DNA from: Eremomyces bilateralis CBS 781.70
Lineage: Eukaryota
NCBI GenBank assembly: GCA_010015585.1
Contig: ML975151.1
Reading direction: 5' to 3' (one strand)
DNA: 64,000 nt
Made by a program: the position numbers and the translations under genes. How positions within the stretch are numbered: the first letter of the stretch is position 1; every line of letters starts with the position of its first letter. Below the pieces are notes generated by a model. The model did not search any database and was not told where the DNA came from. It saw nothing but the letters and a program-made list of their open reading frames with translations. Shown here piece after piece: positions 1 through 12,074 of the stretch.

Positions 1-644
1 GACGAATACAATCAATTCCCGTGACTAGAGGACCATGGCGAAAGTCGGCAGGCCCCTTGGACCTCCTGGTCAAGAGAAAGCCGACGTCGAACATGCGGCC
101 CACTGATTGGTCAACCCTGCACAACGGGAGAAGACACAGCTGCAGCCCTCTCCCCCCCAGCACCCCAGCCGAGTGGCTCGGCTCTATTACCTCCACGGCC
201 ATGGAATATCTTCGACGGTGACGGAGATCCCCCCAAACCGTGACACCCTGTCTTCCAGCCAAGGCACGGGGCCAATTGGCCAATTACCTCGCCTCGGACA
301 CAGCGGCTAACGCGTCGTCGACATATTGCAGATGGCCCTGGATGAAAATTTTTCGTGGAGGCTGATTGATATGCGGGAGCCCGTGGGGTAACGCATAAAT
401 CATAAATGGAACGAAGCTAACCCGGCGTCTCATGGTTACGACGAGAATCACGAGGTCCCTGGACGCTGGAGACACCGGCTCGGCCGCGAGAGTGGGATTA
501 TATACCACTGGGGGGCCTCCTTTGTCAAGCATGGGGTGTTAGACTGATCACTGAAGCCACTGACGAACACCCGCGACATTCCTCCCCTCAGTATCCAAAG
601 CCTCTATCTACAATTTCCTAGTCTCAACCACCCCATTCTTCATC

Positions 645-1220
645 ATGTCTCCCTCCCAAGAAACCATCCCCGACGCCAGCGGTGCAGCTCCGCGCGAGCT
701 CTCCCAAGTCCTCGCCATAAACCGCTCCACCAAAGCCTTCTCCTCCTACGCCGTCTCCCTCGTCTCGCTCCCAGCCGGCGCGCTCTATGCCCCGATCACA
801 ACCGCCACCCCCGGCGTGAAGGCGTACACGTCCGTGCAAGTCTCGGAGACCGCACACATCGAGCTGAACAGCGACCTGGTGTTCTGCAACCACTCGTGCG
901 ACCCGAGCCTAATCTTCGACATGGAGCGGAACGAGGTGCGGGTGGTCGACGAGCGGGCGCTAAAGGAGGGGGAGAAGGTGACGTTTTTCTATCCGAGTAC
1001 CGAGTGGGAGATGGCGCAGCCGTTCGATTGCACGTGTGGGACGGAGCGGTGCGTGAAGAGGATCAGTGGGGCGAAGGATATGGATGAAGAGGTGTTGAAG
1101 CGGTATCGCTTGAATGGGCATATTGAGAGGCTGCTGGAGCAGAGGAGGAAGGAGAGGGGGCAGAATGGAAATGCCAATGGGCATCCTACCAACGGACATG
1201 CGACCAATGGCACGGCATGA
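645..1220 (+). CDS. Small stand-alone SET-domain protein with post-SET cysteines
   Basis: Intronless 191-aa ORF with the SET signature FCNHSCDPS, VTFFYPSTEW and post-SET FDCTCGTERC; C-terminal NG-rich tail. Confidence 0.8.
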   Translation: MSPSQETIPDASGAAPRELSQVLAINRSTKAFSSYAVSLVSLPAGALYAPITTATPGVKAYTSVQVSETAHIELNSDLVFCNHSCDPSLIFDMERNEVRVVDERALKEGEKVTFFYPSTEWEMAQPFDCTCGTERCVKRISGAKDMDEEVLKRYRLNGHIERLLEQRRKERGQNGNANGHPTNGHATNGTA

Positions 1221-1834
1221 GCGGACGGCACAGTGGCAATAGAATATGAGGGACTCGATTGAATGAGACCAACGGGATATACCCAGATACAACGCGAGTG
1301 GATAGTCTTGAAAATCCTAAGGAATTACCGAAAGTTGGGAATTCGGATTGCATCTTCCATTTTGGTCGCAAAGACATCTCGTCCTGAGTGCACTGACAAC
1401 ACAACCCCCTTTCCATCCGCGTTGCTACAACTCGCCATATAACAACCGAGCAAACCGCTAAGAACCACTCTCCAATCTGCTCGCAAGTCGGGCCCGTCCA
1501 AGAACATCGCCAACGTCGCGGCCGAAATCAATCCGAAGCCGACCATCGAGACCCTCTTCCAAACGCCGGTCCTTCCATGCTACAGCCGCTGATCGAAATT
1601 GAAAACAAAAATGGGAAACAATAAAAAAGTTCTTGGTCTCCATGACTCGTGAAACTCCCTGCTGCTGAAACCGAGCAATCGTAGCGCGCCGAAAGATCGC
1701 GCGGATCGAACCAACCCCACCGACATCATTCAAACAGTGAAGTATATCAAACATCGAGATATTTTGGTTCCAAGCCGTCCAACCCCACCGTTCCCCCACC
1801 CGTGCATATCCTCAAATAGCAAAGTCCGCCGAAG

Positions 1835-3468
1835 TTACAGCACCCCTCCCGGCAGCTCCCCCAGTCCGCCATGCTGCGTCCCCTGATTAATAAAGTTCAC
1901 ATGCCCTTCCTGCGGCGCCGCATGCCTCCTCAGCATGAACATCGGCTTCCTTCCCTCCTTATCCAGCTGCTTGAACAGGATCAACGGCCGCTCATTCAGC
2001 CCCAGGCAGCGCTCCTGGTCGCCATGCACGATGTACAGCGCGTATTGCCGCCAGTCGGCGGTGATGTTGTATTTCTTTAGCGCGACGGGTAGCACCTTGT
2101 GACAGGGGTCATCGATGGAGACGCGGAAGGACTTGAAGATCTCGACCTGCGGGTTGGAGGAGGGGGTGGAGGCGGCGGACGTTTGGGAGGCGGTGCCGGT
2201 GAGCGTGCCAGTGGTGGAGGACGGGGTGCTGGCGCCGGCAGAGGAGGTGCCGAGGAGGGGGGTGGACGCGTTGGCGCCGGCGGAGGGCGTGGGGCCGCGG
2301 TCGGGGAGGATGGTGGAGGCGTTGGACCAGGTGCTGTTGGTGGAGTGGAAGGAGGGAACGAGGTCGTCGGGTTGGTGGGGGGTGCTGCGGGGGAATCCGC
2401 GCGAAGAGCTGCCGCTGCCTTGGAGTTGGGTGTTGTATGGTGCGGGAGACGTCGGGGAGGGCTGGGAGGGATGGTGCGGTGACGGGAGGCCGGATGCGGC
2501 TGCGTCACGCATGCTGGCGGTTAGGTGAGTGGATGCGGCCAGAGCGGCGGCCGAGGGATCGAGGGTGGATGTGTCGCTCAAGGTTCGTCCTTCGTGGATG
2601 GTTGGGGAAGGGTTCTTGGGCGCCGAACTGAGAAAGAGCTTTTTTGTCGAGAATTTTCGGGACAGGCTGCTGGATTTCTCTGAGGCCACGCCGTTAGCTT
2701 GGTCGTCAGGGGTGGGGAGCGGCTGGGATTTCTCTTTCGCAAGACGCGCCAGGGGCAGGAAGTCTTCTCGGAGTTTGCGGTTCTCTTCGAGGAGGCGGTG
2801 GATGTCGTCGCGGAGGATACGGAGCTCGGTCTCGGCGGTTGTGATGCGTTCATCTCGGTCTCGGATGATGCGGATGATGCGAGCCACGTCGTCCTGGGTG
2901 GGTGCGCTGTCTTGGTTGTCTACGGCAGCAGCTGAAGAACGGTGAGCACTGTTCTATCCCGGAGTAGCTGCCGACTTACACTGTGGAACAAAGTCATCCT
3001 CTTCTAAAGGAACGTGTTGCTTGACCTTGATATCGTATACGCTCTTCAGTATCGTCATTCGGTGCCCTATGCTCGCAATTCCCATCTCTTTAAGGTCGCT
3101 CTGCTGCAGCGATATCAATGCCTCCCCTGTTATCGCATTTTCTACGGCGAACCTGTCAGCGATATCAACCATATCCCATCGGCAGGGACCCTACCTATGA
3201 ATGTGTCCTGGTATTGGGGTAACCCCAACGTCGCCAACAAGTCTGCACATAGCTCCGCGGTCCATTGTATGATCAATCCAGTCGGCGACGGGTGGCCGTC
3301 CCGTGAATGGGTATAGGTCGTGGGGGTATGTTCAGTGCTGGGTGGATCGGAGTCGGTGGGCGAGGCCTCGAAATCGGGAGGCGCCAAAGTCGGCGAGGTG
3401 ATGACGCTTCGCTCGTACTCGTCGTCCGCATCCGAATCGGCATGATATGCTGTCGCTTTGTACGACAT
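1835..3468 (-). CDS. STE50: Ste50 MAPK adaptor (SAM + Ras-association domain), 3 exons
   Basis: SAM-like WTAELCADLLATLGLPQYQDTFI/ENAITGEALISLQQSDLKEMGIASIGHRMTILK; RA domain EIFKSFRVSIDDPCHKVLPVALKKYNITADWRQYALYIVHGDQERCLGLNERPLILFKQL; ends LPGGVL. GT-AG introns at 3142-3194 and 2932-2979 keep the frame. Confidence 0.92.
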
Positions 3469-4454
3469 GGCGGAGGCTTCCCCACACTAGGGTCGAATGG
3501 GACGGGTGTTTTCGCCTGGTCTCGAGGATGCGAAGGAGTGATAGGGTCTGCGGAGGCCGATGACGCGGTCTGCGGACAAAGAGAGTGACCGCGAGATGAT
3601 GCGTCCCCTCGTCCAGCGTCGTTCTTGGGTGGTGAAGGAATGTGGAGATGCCAAAACGAAACGAGGGCTCGTGATATCTGCGACGTTCGTGGTGTAGAGT
3701 TGGAGATGTTCTGCGCGGGATATAGTAGGGTCCGGTCAAGGTTGGGTATCAACAGGAACGGAGAAGGATGGATTGGCCGTGTGGAGACGAGATGAGACGA
3801 TGGCTTAACTCAAGCGAAGGTGAATGCCTGGATGAATTTGCGAATGAAGAATTGGAAAGCGCTGAAGAGTGGCGTGGACGACGAAACTCCCCGGTCGGAA
3901 CGTGAGACGATGGAAGCGCGACGGATATTGAGGGGGACAGGATGTTGGATAGTGCTGTTGGTGGTGGACTGGTGGTATGTGGCAGTCTATGGTGGGTTTG
4001 GGCCTTTGGGGATTGGCGGTTGGCGCACGGTTCGGGATAGGCGGAGGCCAGAACTCAGAGACGAGGGGTGGAGCGGATACACACTGTCACGCTCTTACCG
4101 TCTCACATAGGTGACAGGAGAGAAATGATTAATGAAGAATGACAATTGATGTGGTGTCCAAAGTACCTGTGTCTGTTGATTGATTCTTCCAGTCGGGTGG
4201 AGAGATGGGGCCGTTGCGGCGAAGATGGAATCGGTGCAGAATGCAGATGCAGGGGAAAATCCTGGCAATAAGGCCGATTCAGCAGTTCGACGGAGTGCGA
4301 ATACCTAGCGCTTAGTTTAGTCCATCTTCGATCGATACGGAGTCCTTTCTTTGTAGAATATCAATGAACTGGAAGACTCGAGCATTGCATAATTGCATTG
4401 GTATGTGGTGTACAAAGCGGGTGGTGTGCTTGAACAGTACTCCCCCATCACCAG

Positions 4455-4523
4455 TTGACAATTCACAGTTCACAGTTGACAATTCACAGTTCACAGTTCA
4501 CAGTTCACAGTTGTCAATTGTCA
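4455..4523. repeat. Heptamer tandem repeat (TTCACAG/TTGACAA/TTGTCAA, ~10 units)
   Basis: Read directly: ttgacaa ttcacag ttcacag ttgacaa ttcacag ttcacag ttcacag ttcacag ttgtcaa ttgtca. Confidence 0.9.
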
Positions 4524-5497
4524 TCCTGTGGAACGGTGAAAGTCATCTTCCGGAATACAACATGTGGAATACTGCCTACTGGAGTACTGGTACGTACCAG
4601 TACGGACAGCATCTATCACGAGACGAATATTAAGAGCGAATATGAAGAGCGAGTATTAATAGCACAGGCACGACAGGAACGGATTATTGCCCGACTATTG
4701 ACCCCTCTGCATACCGCATTTGGCTAGGATGCTGCTCCTTCACCCCCTCTGGCCTTGATATTCCGTTACGGTACTCTTCAGCAATCAGCACCCATGGGGA
4801 ATACTAGGGATCAGGATTCAGGAATGGAGCCAGAATACTCAAGCATAGTTCGTAACGTCTTACGGTTGTTGGCAAATAATAGATAGTCTGATAGCCAACC
4901 GGGGCAGCCTACTGTACCAAATATGTACAGTACATAGCTAATTAGTCGACCAGCTGTGTATCCGGAATGGGAATCCCTGCCCGAGCACGCCTGTATCAGA
5001 ACAAAGTGACTGATACTGGAATCAGCAACAAAACATTCACTCCATCACTTTACTTCGGATCTAATCACTTCGGATTCAACCAAACAATCACGATGTGGCG
5101 GCATTCCATCTCTCGACTGTGATTCTGTTGCCTCCGAATCATCGACCAATCCCCCAGAATCTTCAACCTTATTCCGGAACTTGGCTCGGTTCACCTGTTG
5201 CCATAACCTGCGGACCTCACTCGCTCCCTCAGCCAAACCCTCGTCTGTTACCATCCTCGTATCATCTTAACACGCGAGAGGATCGGGAAAGGATACCTTA
5301 TCGACTACACCTCCTCCAAGCTACCCAAGTAGAATCCTATCATCATCTATCCTCGGCGGGAACCAAAATAAGTTTTGCTGGTCCAAATCAACAATCATTT
5401 CCTTCGACTATCTGTCCTCCCCCCCGACGAATCTACACCCCCCCCCAGGAAATACTTCTACCACATACCTCTCCCAAACCCCTGCATCCACACAACC

Positions 5498-5926
5498 ATG
5501 GCCCCCGTCACTGTCTCCTCCTCATCCCTCTCCTCCGGCCCCACCACTCGCCGCGCCCCCCAACCCCTCCCCGCCGACCTACGCGCCTCCCTCACCTCCG
5601 CTCTCCTCGCCCAGAACTCCATCCCCCGCATCCACCAGACCCTCTCCCACGAGCTCGCCTCCTCGGGCTGGACCAACGCGCTGCGCGAACACGTGAAGGA
5701 GCTGCTCCGCAGCGGGCAAGCGCAGAGCTACGGGGAGGTGATGCGGTTGGTTGTTGAGGGGGCGTTGAAGGAGGAGGGGGGGAAGAATGGGGAAGAGGCG
5801 AATGGGGAGGGGAATGGGGTGGCACAGGCGGAGGTGATTAAGATTCCGGAGAAGGCGGTGAAGGAGGGGTTGAGGGTGGTGAGGAAGGAGTTGGAGAGGG
5901 TGTGTGAGGTGGTGGTGGACAATTGA
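5498..5926 (+). CDS. SUS1: Sus1/ENY2-like SAGA/TREX-2 subunit
   Basis: ATG in acaaccATGg context; LSHELASSGWTNALREHVKELL and IPEKAVKEGLRVVRKEL match the EnY2 pattern (L...GW...LR......L; VP..V). Confidence 0.7.
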   Translation: MAPVTVSSSSLSSGPTTRRAPQPLPADLRASLTSALLAQNSIPRIHQTLSHELASSGWTNALREHVKELLRSGQAQSYGEVMRLVVEGALKEEGGKNGEEANGEGNGVAQAEVIKIPEKAVKEGLRVVRKELERVCEVVVDN

Positions 5927-6899
5927 GGGGGGATAGTGGTTCGGGCGGAACCGAGGGCATCTCGTCGAAAAGATTCGGATGGGATCGCTGGAATGCAGAC
6001 AGTGTCGGAGCAAAGTCACACATGGAGTTGCGGCGTTATGGGAACGAAGTCCCAGGACAGTCAAAATTTATTGCGACGGGACTTGGATGGCAGCGGCATT
6101 GGCGGAGTCAACGGATTTTACAGGATTCCCATACCTACAGGTACTTCCCTTACTTAACCGTGTCTATCAGGATGAAGGGTTGTCTGCCTATATATATCAG
6201 TCAGGCGGCGTTGATGGACCATGGGAAACCGCGAAGATTGAATGGATTTCATGTTTCAAGTGGCAATTGGTATCTGGTGATCTTGTCTCTTTGCTTCTGC
6301 GATCGGTCCTTTGGGTTTCGGCGGTTGCATCTTCTATCGACGTGGGAATCGGCTCATCAAGATGCCTTCTGAAAGAGCTTGGGATATCGTGTTGGAATGC
6401 CGGCGTTCTAGACCAGGTGTGGTCGTCCTGCTCTTCGCACGGGTGTCAGGTTCTGTCCTGACTTCCGCGGCGCACCATATCCCATCACGTACGCGTGTCT
6501 GAACGATATTGGCTTCATCCTCTCACGCACCTGCTATGCCGCCTCGTTTGTCCAACGATCGGAAATGCCTCCGTCGGGGCGCCGCATACATTCCCTCTAC
6601 CGGGTCGTACTGCCAACGACGCCAATTCCATATCGAACCACTTTACATTCCACGCGCGCAACGGGTACAAATTCAAACCTATTGTATCCCTCGCGATTCC
6701 CAGCCTCTCACTCTATCCGTCCTTTAAAAGTCGCGTTCAACCGTACATCCAGCCTCATCAGACTACGTTCGACTAACCTAGCTCCCGTGCAATACCGAAC
6801 CTGTCCGAGCCGTTGGGTACCACGGGATACCGCATGCGCATCGACATCTGAGGCAGCCTACCGGAACAAACTTTTGTACCCCACGGTATCGACGCAAAC

Positions 6900-7409
6900 A
6901 TGGAGCCCCATCACCCAGAGTCGGCCGATGCGGGACGGATGCGTCGTCGACTACAAATAGTGCTGCCTGCCACGGTCATTTTCGGTGGGCTCTATCTTCT
7001 TTACTCCTCCCCATGGGTCCTAAGTCCTGAATCTTTATTATCCTGGCTTGAATGGCACTCTACCCGTGCTGGTGACCATCTTTCCTCTGCTCCCGATTTC
7101 AGTCTCCCCCGAAAACTGCTTGGTTCCACTGAATGGTCTCGTCCCTCCGAAGCCGACGTCCTTCAAACCATAAGGTCCTCCACCATCACCTCCTCGATCT
7201 ATAGCGCTCTAATCCTTGGCTCTCTCGCCCTCTCTGCCTACACGATCGCGAACTGCCTCCGCCCGAACCCCGCCACCCGCGACCAAGAAACCCTCTACAT
7301 CCGCGCCCTCCGCCGCCAATACCTCGACTCCGGCATCTGCCCCGTCTGCGCGCGCGAGTTCTCGGCCCCCCGCCGCGACTATGACGCGCCTCGCGAAGAC
7401 ACTGAGTAG
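6900..7409 (+). CDS. Hypothetical membrane protein (two hydrophobic segments, C-terminal CPVC)
   Basis: 169-aa ATG ORF with hydrophobic IVLPATVIFGGLYLLY and IYSALILGSLALSAYTIA; the 3' half uses almost exclusively C/G-ending codons like neighbouring real genes. Overlaps the next gene's start by 29 nt. Confidence 0.5.
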   Translation: MEPHHPESADAGRMRRRLQIVLPATVIFGGLYLLYSSPWVLSPESLLSWLEWHSTRAGDHLSSAPDFSLPRKLLGSTEWSRPSEADVLQTIRSSTITSSIYSALILGSLALSAYTIANCLRPNPATRDQETLYIRALRRQYLDSGICPVCAREFSAPRRDYDAPREDTE

Positions 7410-8062
7410 CCTGCTGCCCGCGCTCGCGGCGCTCGTCAGCGTCACGGCCGCGCAGGCGACCCTGGTTGACACGCTGTTTCCGCATCTGCTGATCCCCGTG
7501 CATCATAAGTATCCGGATACGGCGTATGGGACGCAGTTTTTTGGGGAGGTGGGGACGTATCCGAACGGGGATGAGATGGGGCACTTGGTATGTGTCTTCC
7601 CCCCCCGGGCACCACCGACTGGGCGAGTCTATATCTTGGATATTCTAACGGGTCTCCCAGGTCGACATGGTCATTCTCTTCGACATGCCCGACGACTTCA
7701 AGCGCAACACCTACCACCACTGCAGCGTCGCCTTCCACCTCGACAACGTCACCGACAACTGGAGCGTCGAACCCCCCGAGCCCGCCGACGCCCGCTACTC
7801 CTTCCTCGTCTACCAGCTGCAGACGCTGCCGGACATCAACGACACCTGGAACACGGCGCGCAGCTTCGGCGAGCGGCCGGCCGCGTCGATCCATATTAGT
7901 CCCGGCGGGGAGGTCGTGGTGGAGAGCGATCAGTTGGCGTGTGGTGGGGGAGAGTGGGATACGGCGAGTTTTATTATGATTCCGACGGATGATCGGGCGA
8001 AGGTGTGGTGGTATGAACTGTCGGATCCGGTTAATGGGATTACGTATCAGATGTTTGAGTGA
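7381..8062 (+). CDS. Secreted But2 C-terminal-domain protein, 2 exons
   Basis: Signal-peptide-like MTRLAKTLSSLLPALAALVSVTAAQA; FPHLLIPV...PDTAYGT and WWYELSDPVNGI resemble fungal But2 (ubiquitin-3 binding protein) C-terminal domains. Intron 7588-7660 (GTATGT..CTAAC..CAG) joins the exons in frame. Confidence 0.75.
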
Positions 8063-8689
8063 AGGGGCCTCGATAAGAAGGCTTTGGCGTACGGGCGAGA
8101 TATGGTTGTTTAAGGAGAGCATGGACAGGGCTGAGAATGTTAGGGTATGGGTTAATTAGTGGATTGAGGAAATATAACTTGGAAATTTACGTACTCTGGC
8201 ATGGAAATCCATTTCACCATTTAGATTTGATGTAATTCCATGCATTGACTCGCTTGAAGTACTACTTCACCTAGATCCGCAGAATAAGAATCTTTATAAA
8301 TCGTCACCAGAGACTAATGCTTGATATACCACATGGGTAGCCTATCCTAAGAACCGAGCATTTAGGACCATATAATCCTCGATTCAGATCCACTCTGATC
8401 ATGAACGAGCAGCAACTTTTTCTACACAGCAGGGTCAACCACTGAGGGGCGGAACCATTCGAAAGAGTGAACAGCATCAATATTCCAATGACGACAAACT
8501 AGACAGGAGTATCGCACGCTCTCAGAAAACCGTTCCAATATGTGCCACGCCTCCGCTTGAACGGATGCACCTGTACACATGTACAAAAAAGCCCTATCGA
8601 AAACACCGCACAACAACGTACCGACCAGGCCCCGTAACCTGTCACAAATCCAGCTAGATACAGCAAACAAAAGGTATGCCTACACTGAA

Positions 8690-11156
8690 CTAAGCGCCAT
8701 CAGTCCCCCAACGGCATCCCTTCCACCTCCTCGCTCAAGCCCCGCCAATTGTCTGCCTGCAACTCCGCGTACTTCACCCGCTCCTGGCTCCAATCCTGGT
8801 GCAGCCGACTGACGTTGTACTGGCTCTGCTGGAAGTACACCAACTCGTCCCGCACGCACTCCTTGATGAAGACGCCGCGCGCATGCTGCGCGACGATGGA
8901 TTGTTTGTCCTACGAAACTAATCAGCAACATGCCACGGTGCCCCCGCACATGGGAAACCATGTATCCTCGAAACGTACCTTCACGATCGCATCCTCGACC
9001 TTCTCCGCCTCGCCCGGCTTCACCTGCCCCGCAGGCTTCGCGCGGATCGTCTGCAACTTCGCCTCGCTGGCCTCGATCCGCCGCTCGAGCTGGGGGATGT
9101 TGTCCTTGTCCAACCGATCGCGTCGATCGAACAGGTCGCGCAGGCTAACTAGGGCGTCACGGTGGCGCTTGAGGTCTTCAAGCGCGCCTTCCTCCCACGC
9201 CTTGGCTTCGTCTTCGAGGAGGGCCTGGGACGTGGAGAGGTGCTTTGCTGCGGCGTTGAGGCCGTCGTTCAGGAGGGGCACGTCGTTGGTGTCGACGGTG
9301 TAGGTATCGGCTGACGCCTCGGTTAGGGCGGTGAGTCCGCGGGCGAATCGGTTGTAGTCGGCGGCGACTCCTTGGTTGCGTTTTGCCAAACGCTCCAGAA
9401 GGCTGCAGAGGGTGACGTAGAGATCCGTTGAGCGCCGAACGCCGGAGCGAGCAGTGTCGAAGGTTTCTTGGAGGTTGGGTGACAAGGAGTCTTCGAGACC
9501 GGGAGGCAGCGCTTTCCCGGTGAACTCTTCGACCACTGTGATTGATGCTTGTTTGCGCCACACAGACAATTCCTTGACGTGCGTTAGTTGACTAGATTCC
9601 AGAGTATCCTTGTGAACTTCATACCGTAGGAACCGTTAAGAACATGATGACGAGCTGCTCTTGATTTAGCACAGGGTGCCTGACCAAAGCGTTCGCGAAT
9701 CGCTGCAGTCCTCTTCGCCTCTTCTCAATAAAGCTATCATCGGACGTCATATAGTTCCCATTGACTACTAATCAATTAGCATTCATCCTTCGCGCCTCGG
9801 AGGTCTCCAAACCGTACTTGCAACTCGTTTAGGGGGTAGCAAAGGAAGTTGCCGGAACGGATACCGCTTCTGGAGGCAGTCCAACAACCAAACAAAGTCA
9901 CTGTATCTGCGAATGACCTTGCTGTTCCTCCGCGCACTCGTCACCTGGTAGTTCCGATGCTGGAACATGAACGGCCCCTCCTTCTCCGATAACGACGTGA
10001 CCATGATCGCCTCCTCCGGACCTTGCGTCGACGGCCGGGGACGACCGAAGCCCGACCTACCAAGCTCACCGTGATCGTCGTCTCCGCCACCACTCCCTCC
10101 AGCGATGCCAAATCCGGCCGGGAGACCCGAGGCCGCAAAACCTTCATTCGCGGCGCCATTATAGTTCCCCCACGACGAGGCGCTTGACGCGCCCTGGCCC
10201 GTAGCGCGGCTGGTGGGCGGCGACGAACCGAACGAACCGGACGCGGTGGTGAAGTTACTGGTCGTCCGTACCGGCAAGGTGCCCGTGCTGGACTGATGGG
10301 CAGTTGTAGGAATCGGGGGGTGTCGGTGGCCCTGATGCAGTTCGGGGCTACCCCATGGATCGGATTCGGGGAGGGCAAAGGCGGGTCGTTGCGTCGCTGG
10401 GGAGCGGATGGGGGTCGACATAATGGGGGAATCGTCGCGCGGCGGTCGTTCTGGGCTGTGCGAGAACGCATCGTCCGCGCCCTCGGTGACTTGTGGTTTG
10501 CTCATGTCGGGCTTCGGCGCGGGGAGCAAACCATCGAGTCGTGGTTGAGGTAGATCTGCACGTAAATCAGTATCTGGAAGTCGTCGATGCTCGTCTCACG
10601 TACTCCTTCTCCGTTCGTCCACGCCGTCCAGACTGACATCATCTCCTTCCTCCGCCAATCCCACCAGAGCTAACAATACCCAAAACTCATTCGCCGTCAA
10701 CGCCGCATCTCCACGACCCGTGAGGCCCATTATATCCCATATCCTCTCCCCGTTCGCCGCGCCCACCGCCTGTGACACCCACTCTTTCAACTTCGTAACG
10801 CTGGGAACCCCTCCTTCCGTATCCAACCGTCCCCAACCGTCCCGATACGACTCCGGAACCTCCGATTCCCTAAGGAGGTTTCTAACCAGCTCACTCCGCC
10901 CGGCCTTCTTCGGCGTCGGCAGCCCCCACGGCGAATGCTCATCACCGTTACTCTCGGGCTTGGCGAACCCGTTGCTATCGTCGGCGAAGAGGCTAGACGA
11001 GGGCATTCGCACGGGAGACGGGACGGCGGCGGTGCCGTTGGTGCCCCTTGTTGAGCCTTTCGAGGGGGTGAAGAAGGCGTCGTCATCGTCGGCAAAGAGG
11101 GAGGATTTGGGGCGGTCGCGGTCGGTGCCGGGCGGGGAGGTGCCGAAGAGGGACAT
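8690..11156 (-). CDS. MVP1: Sorting nexin Mvp1 (PX + BAR), multi-exon
   Basis: Starts MSLFGTSP; PX motif FQHRNYQVTSARRNSKVIRRYSDFVWLLDCLQKRYPFRQLPLLPPKR; BAR region WEEGALEDLKRHRD; C-terminus CVRDELVYFQQSQY...WSQERVKYAELQADNW. Several GT-AG introns, e.g. 10556-10603. Confidence 0.92.
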
Positions 11157-12074
11157 GGTGAAGGATCGATAGGGGGTGGTGACTAGATGGGACGAGCGGG
11201 TAGGATAGAAATGGAATATATACCGGGATCGAGGGTGGTATAGGACTATGTGCAGCTCTTGTCGTGACGCAGTTCGATGATACCTGCGGCAGGGTGGCTG
11301 GCAGCACGCGCCTCGTCCGAATACACGTGGATCTGGGAGCCACGAGCTTTCTGTCTTTAAATGCACAACTTCTTGCCGTTCTTTATCGCACGGACGATGC
11401 CTCCGTCGGATTCCCCCAGTCGGGCTATTCTCGCAACTGCTATGCAGGTAACACTCTTCGGTGAGTTCAATCTCCAGGTCAGGACGGGAGTAGACGCTCA
11501 CGGGAGCTTGGACCAACGATACGTCTTGACCGGGAGCCGATCACAGCGGTAGGTTCGGAGTTCGTTAGATATCAAGATTCAAAGCATAATTAGCGAATGA
11601 AAGCATAGAAAACACGTTAAATTACAGATCAGTTTAGTATTCAAACTATTCCTTATTGCACAAATCACAGGTGCAACACGGAGGCACAGTAAGATCGCAT
11701 TGGATATAGTTCTGCGGGTGCCCTCATCCCTCCGTCCCGTAATCTCCATGGTCATCACCGCAGTATCCCCCTCTTATCACTGACTAGCAGACGCCAGCTT
11801 ACCCTTCCGCGGGCAATAATTCCGAACCACTCGACTGGGAGTCGCAATCGTCCTGAAGCTGAAAGCAGCAGAATAGCATTGCGACTCGAAGACATGCTCC
11901 TATGCATGGATCGCAGTTATATAGCAGATATCCTCCCAAGAGCATCATATAATACATACATCCTCAAATAAATCGTCACGAACGCCATATAGCAAAGCCC
12001 CAGTAACACGCCACCGTCCCCCCAATCCACCATTTCACTCCCTCATTCAAGTTGTGGTTCCACATGACCGTCAC

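Noticed and set aside
1..600. Short ORFs and a GGCCAATTGGCC palindrome at the window start
   Set aside because: No coding signature or known motif; a 12-bp palindrome is expected by chance in 64 kb.
4455..4523. Repeat considered as CRISPR-like or telomeric
   Set aside because: No spacers, 7-nt unit, not TTAGGG, eukaryotic context.
7406..7455. Intron fusing ORF 6900-7409 to the But2 gene
   Set aside because: The in-phase option is only 34 nt with a poor donor; the 50-nt option is out of phase.
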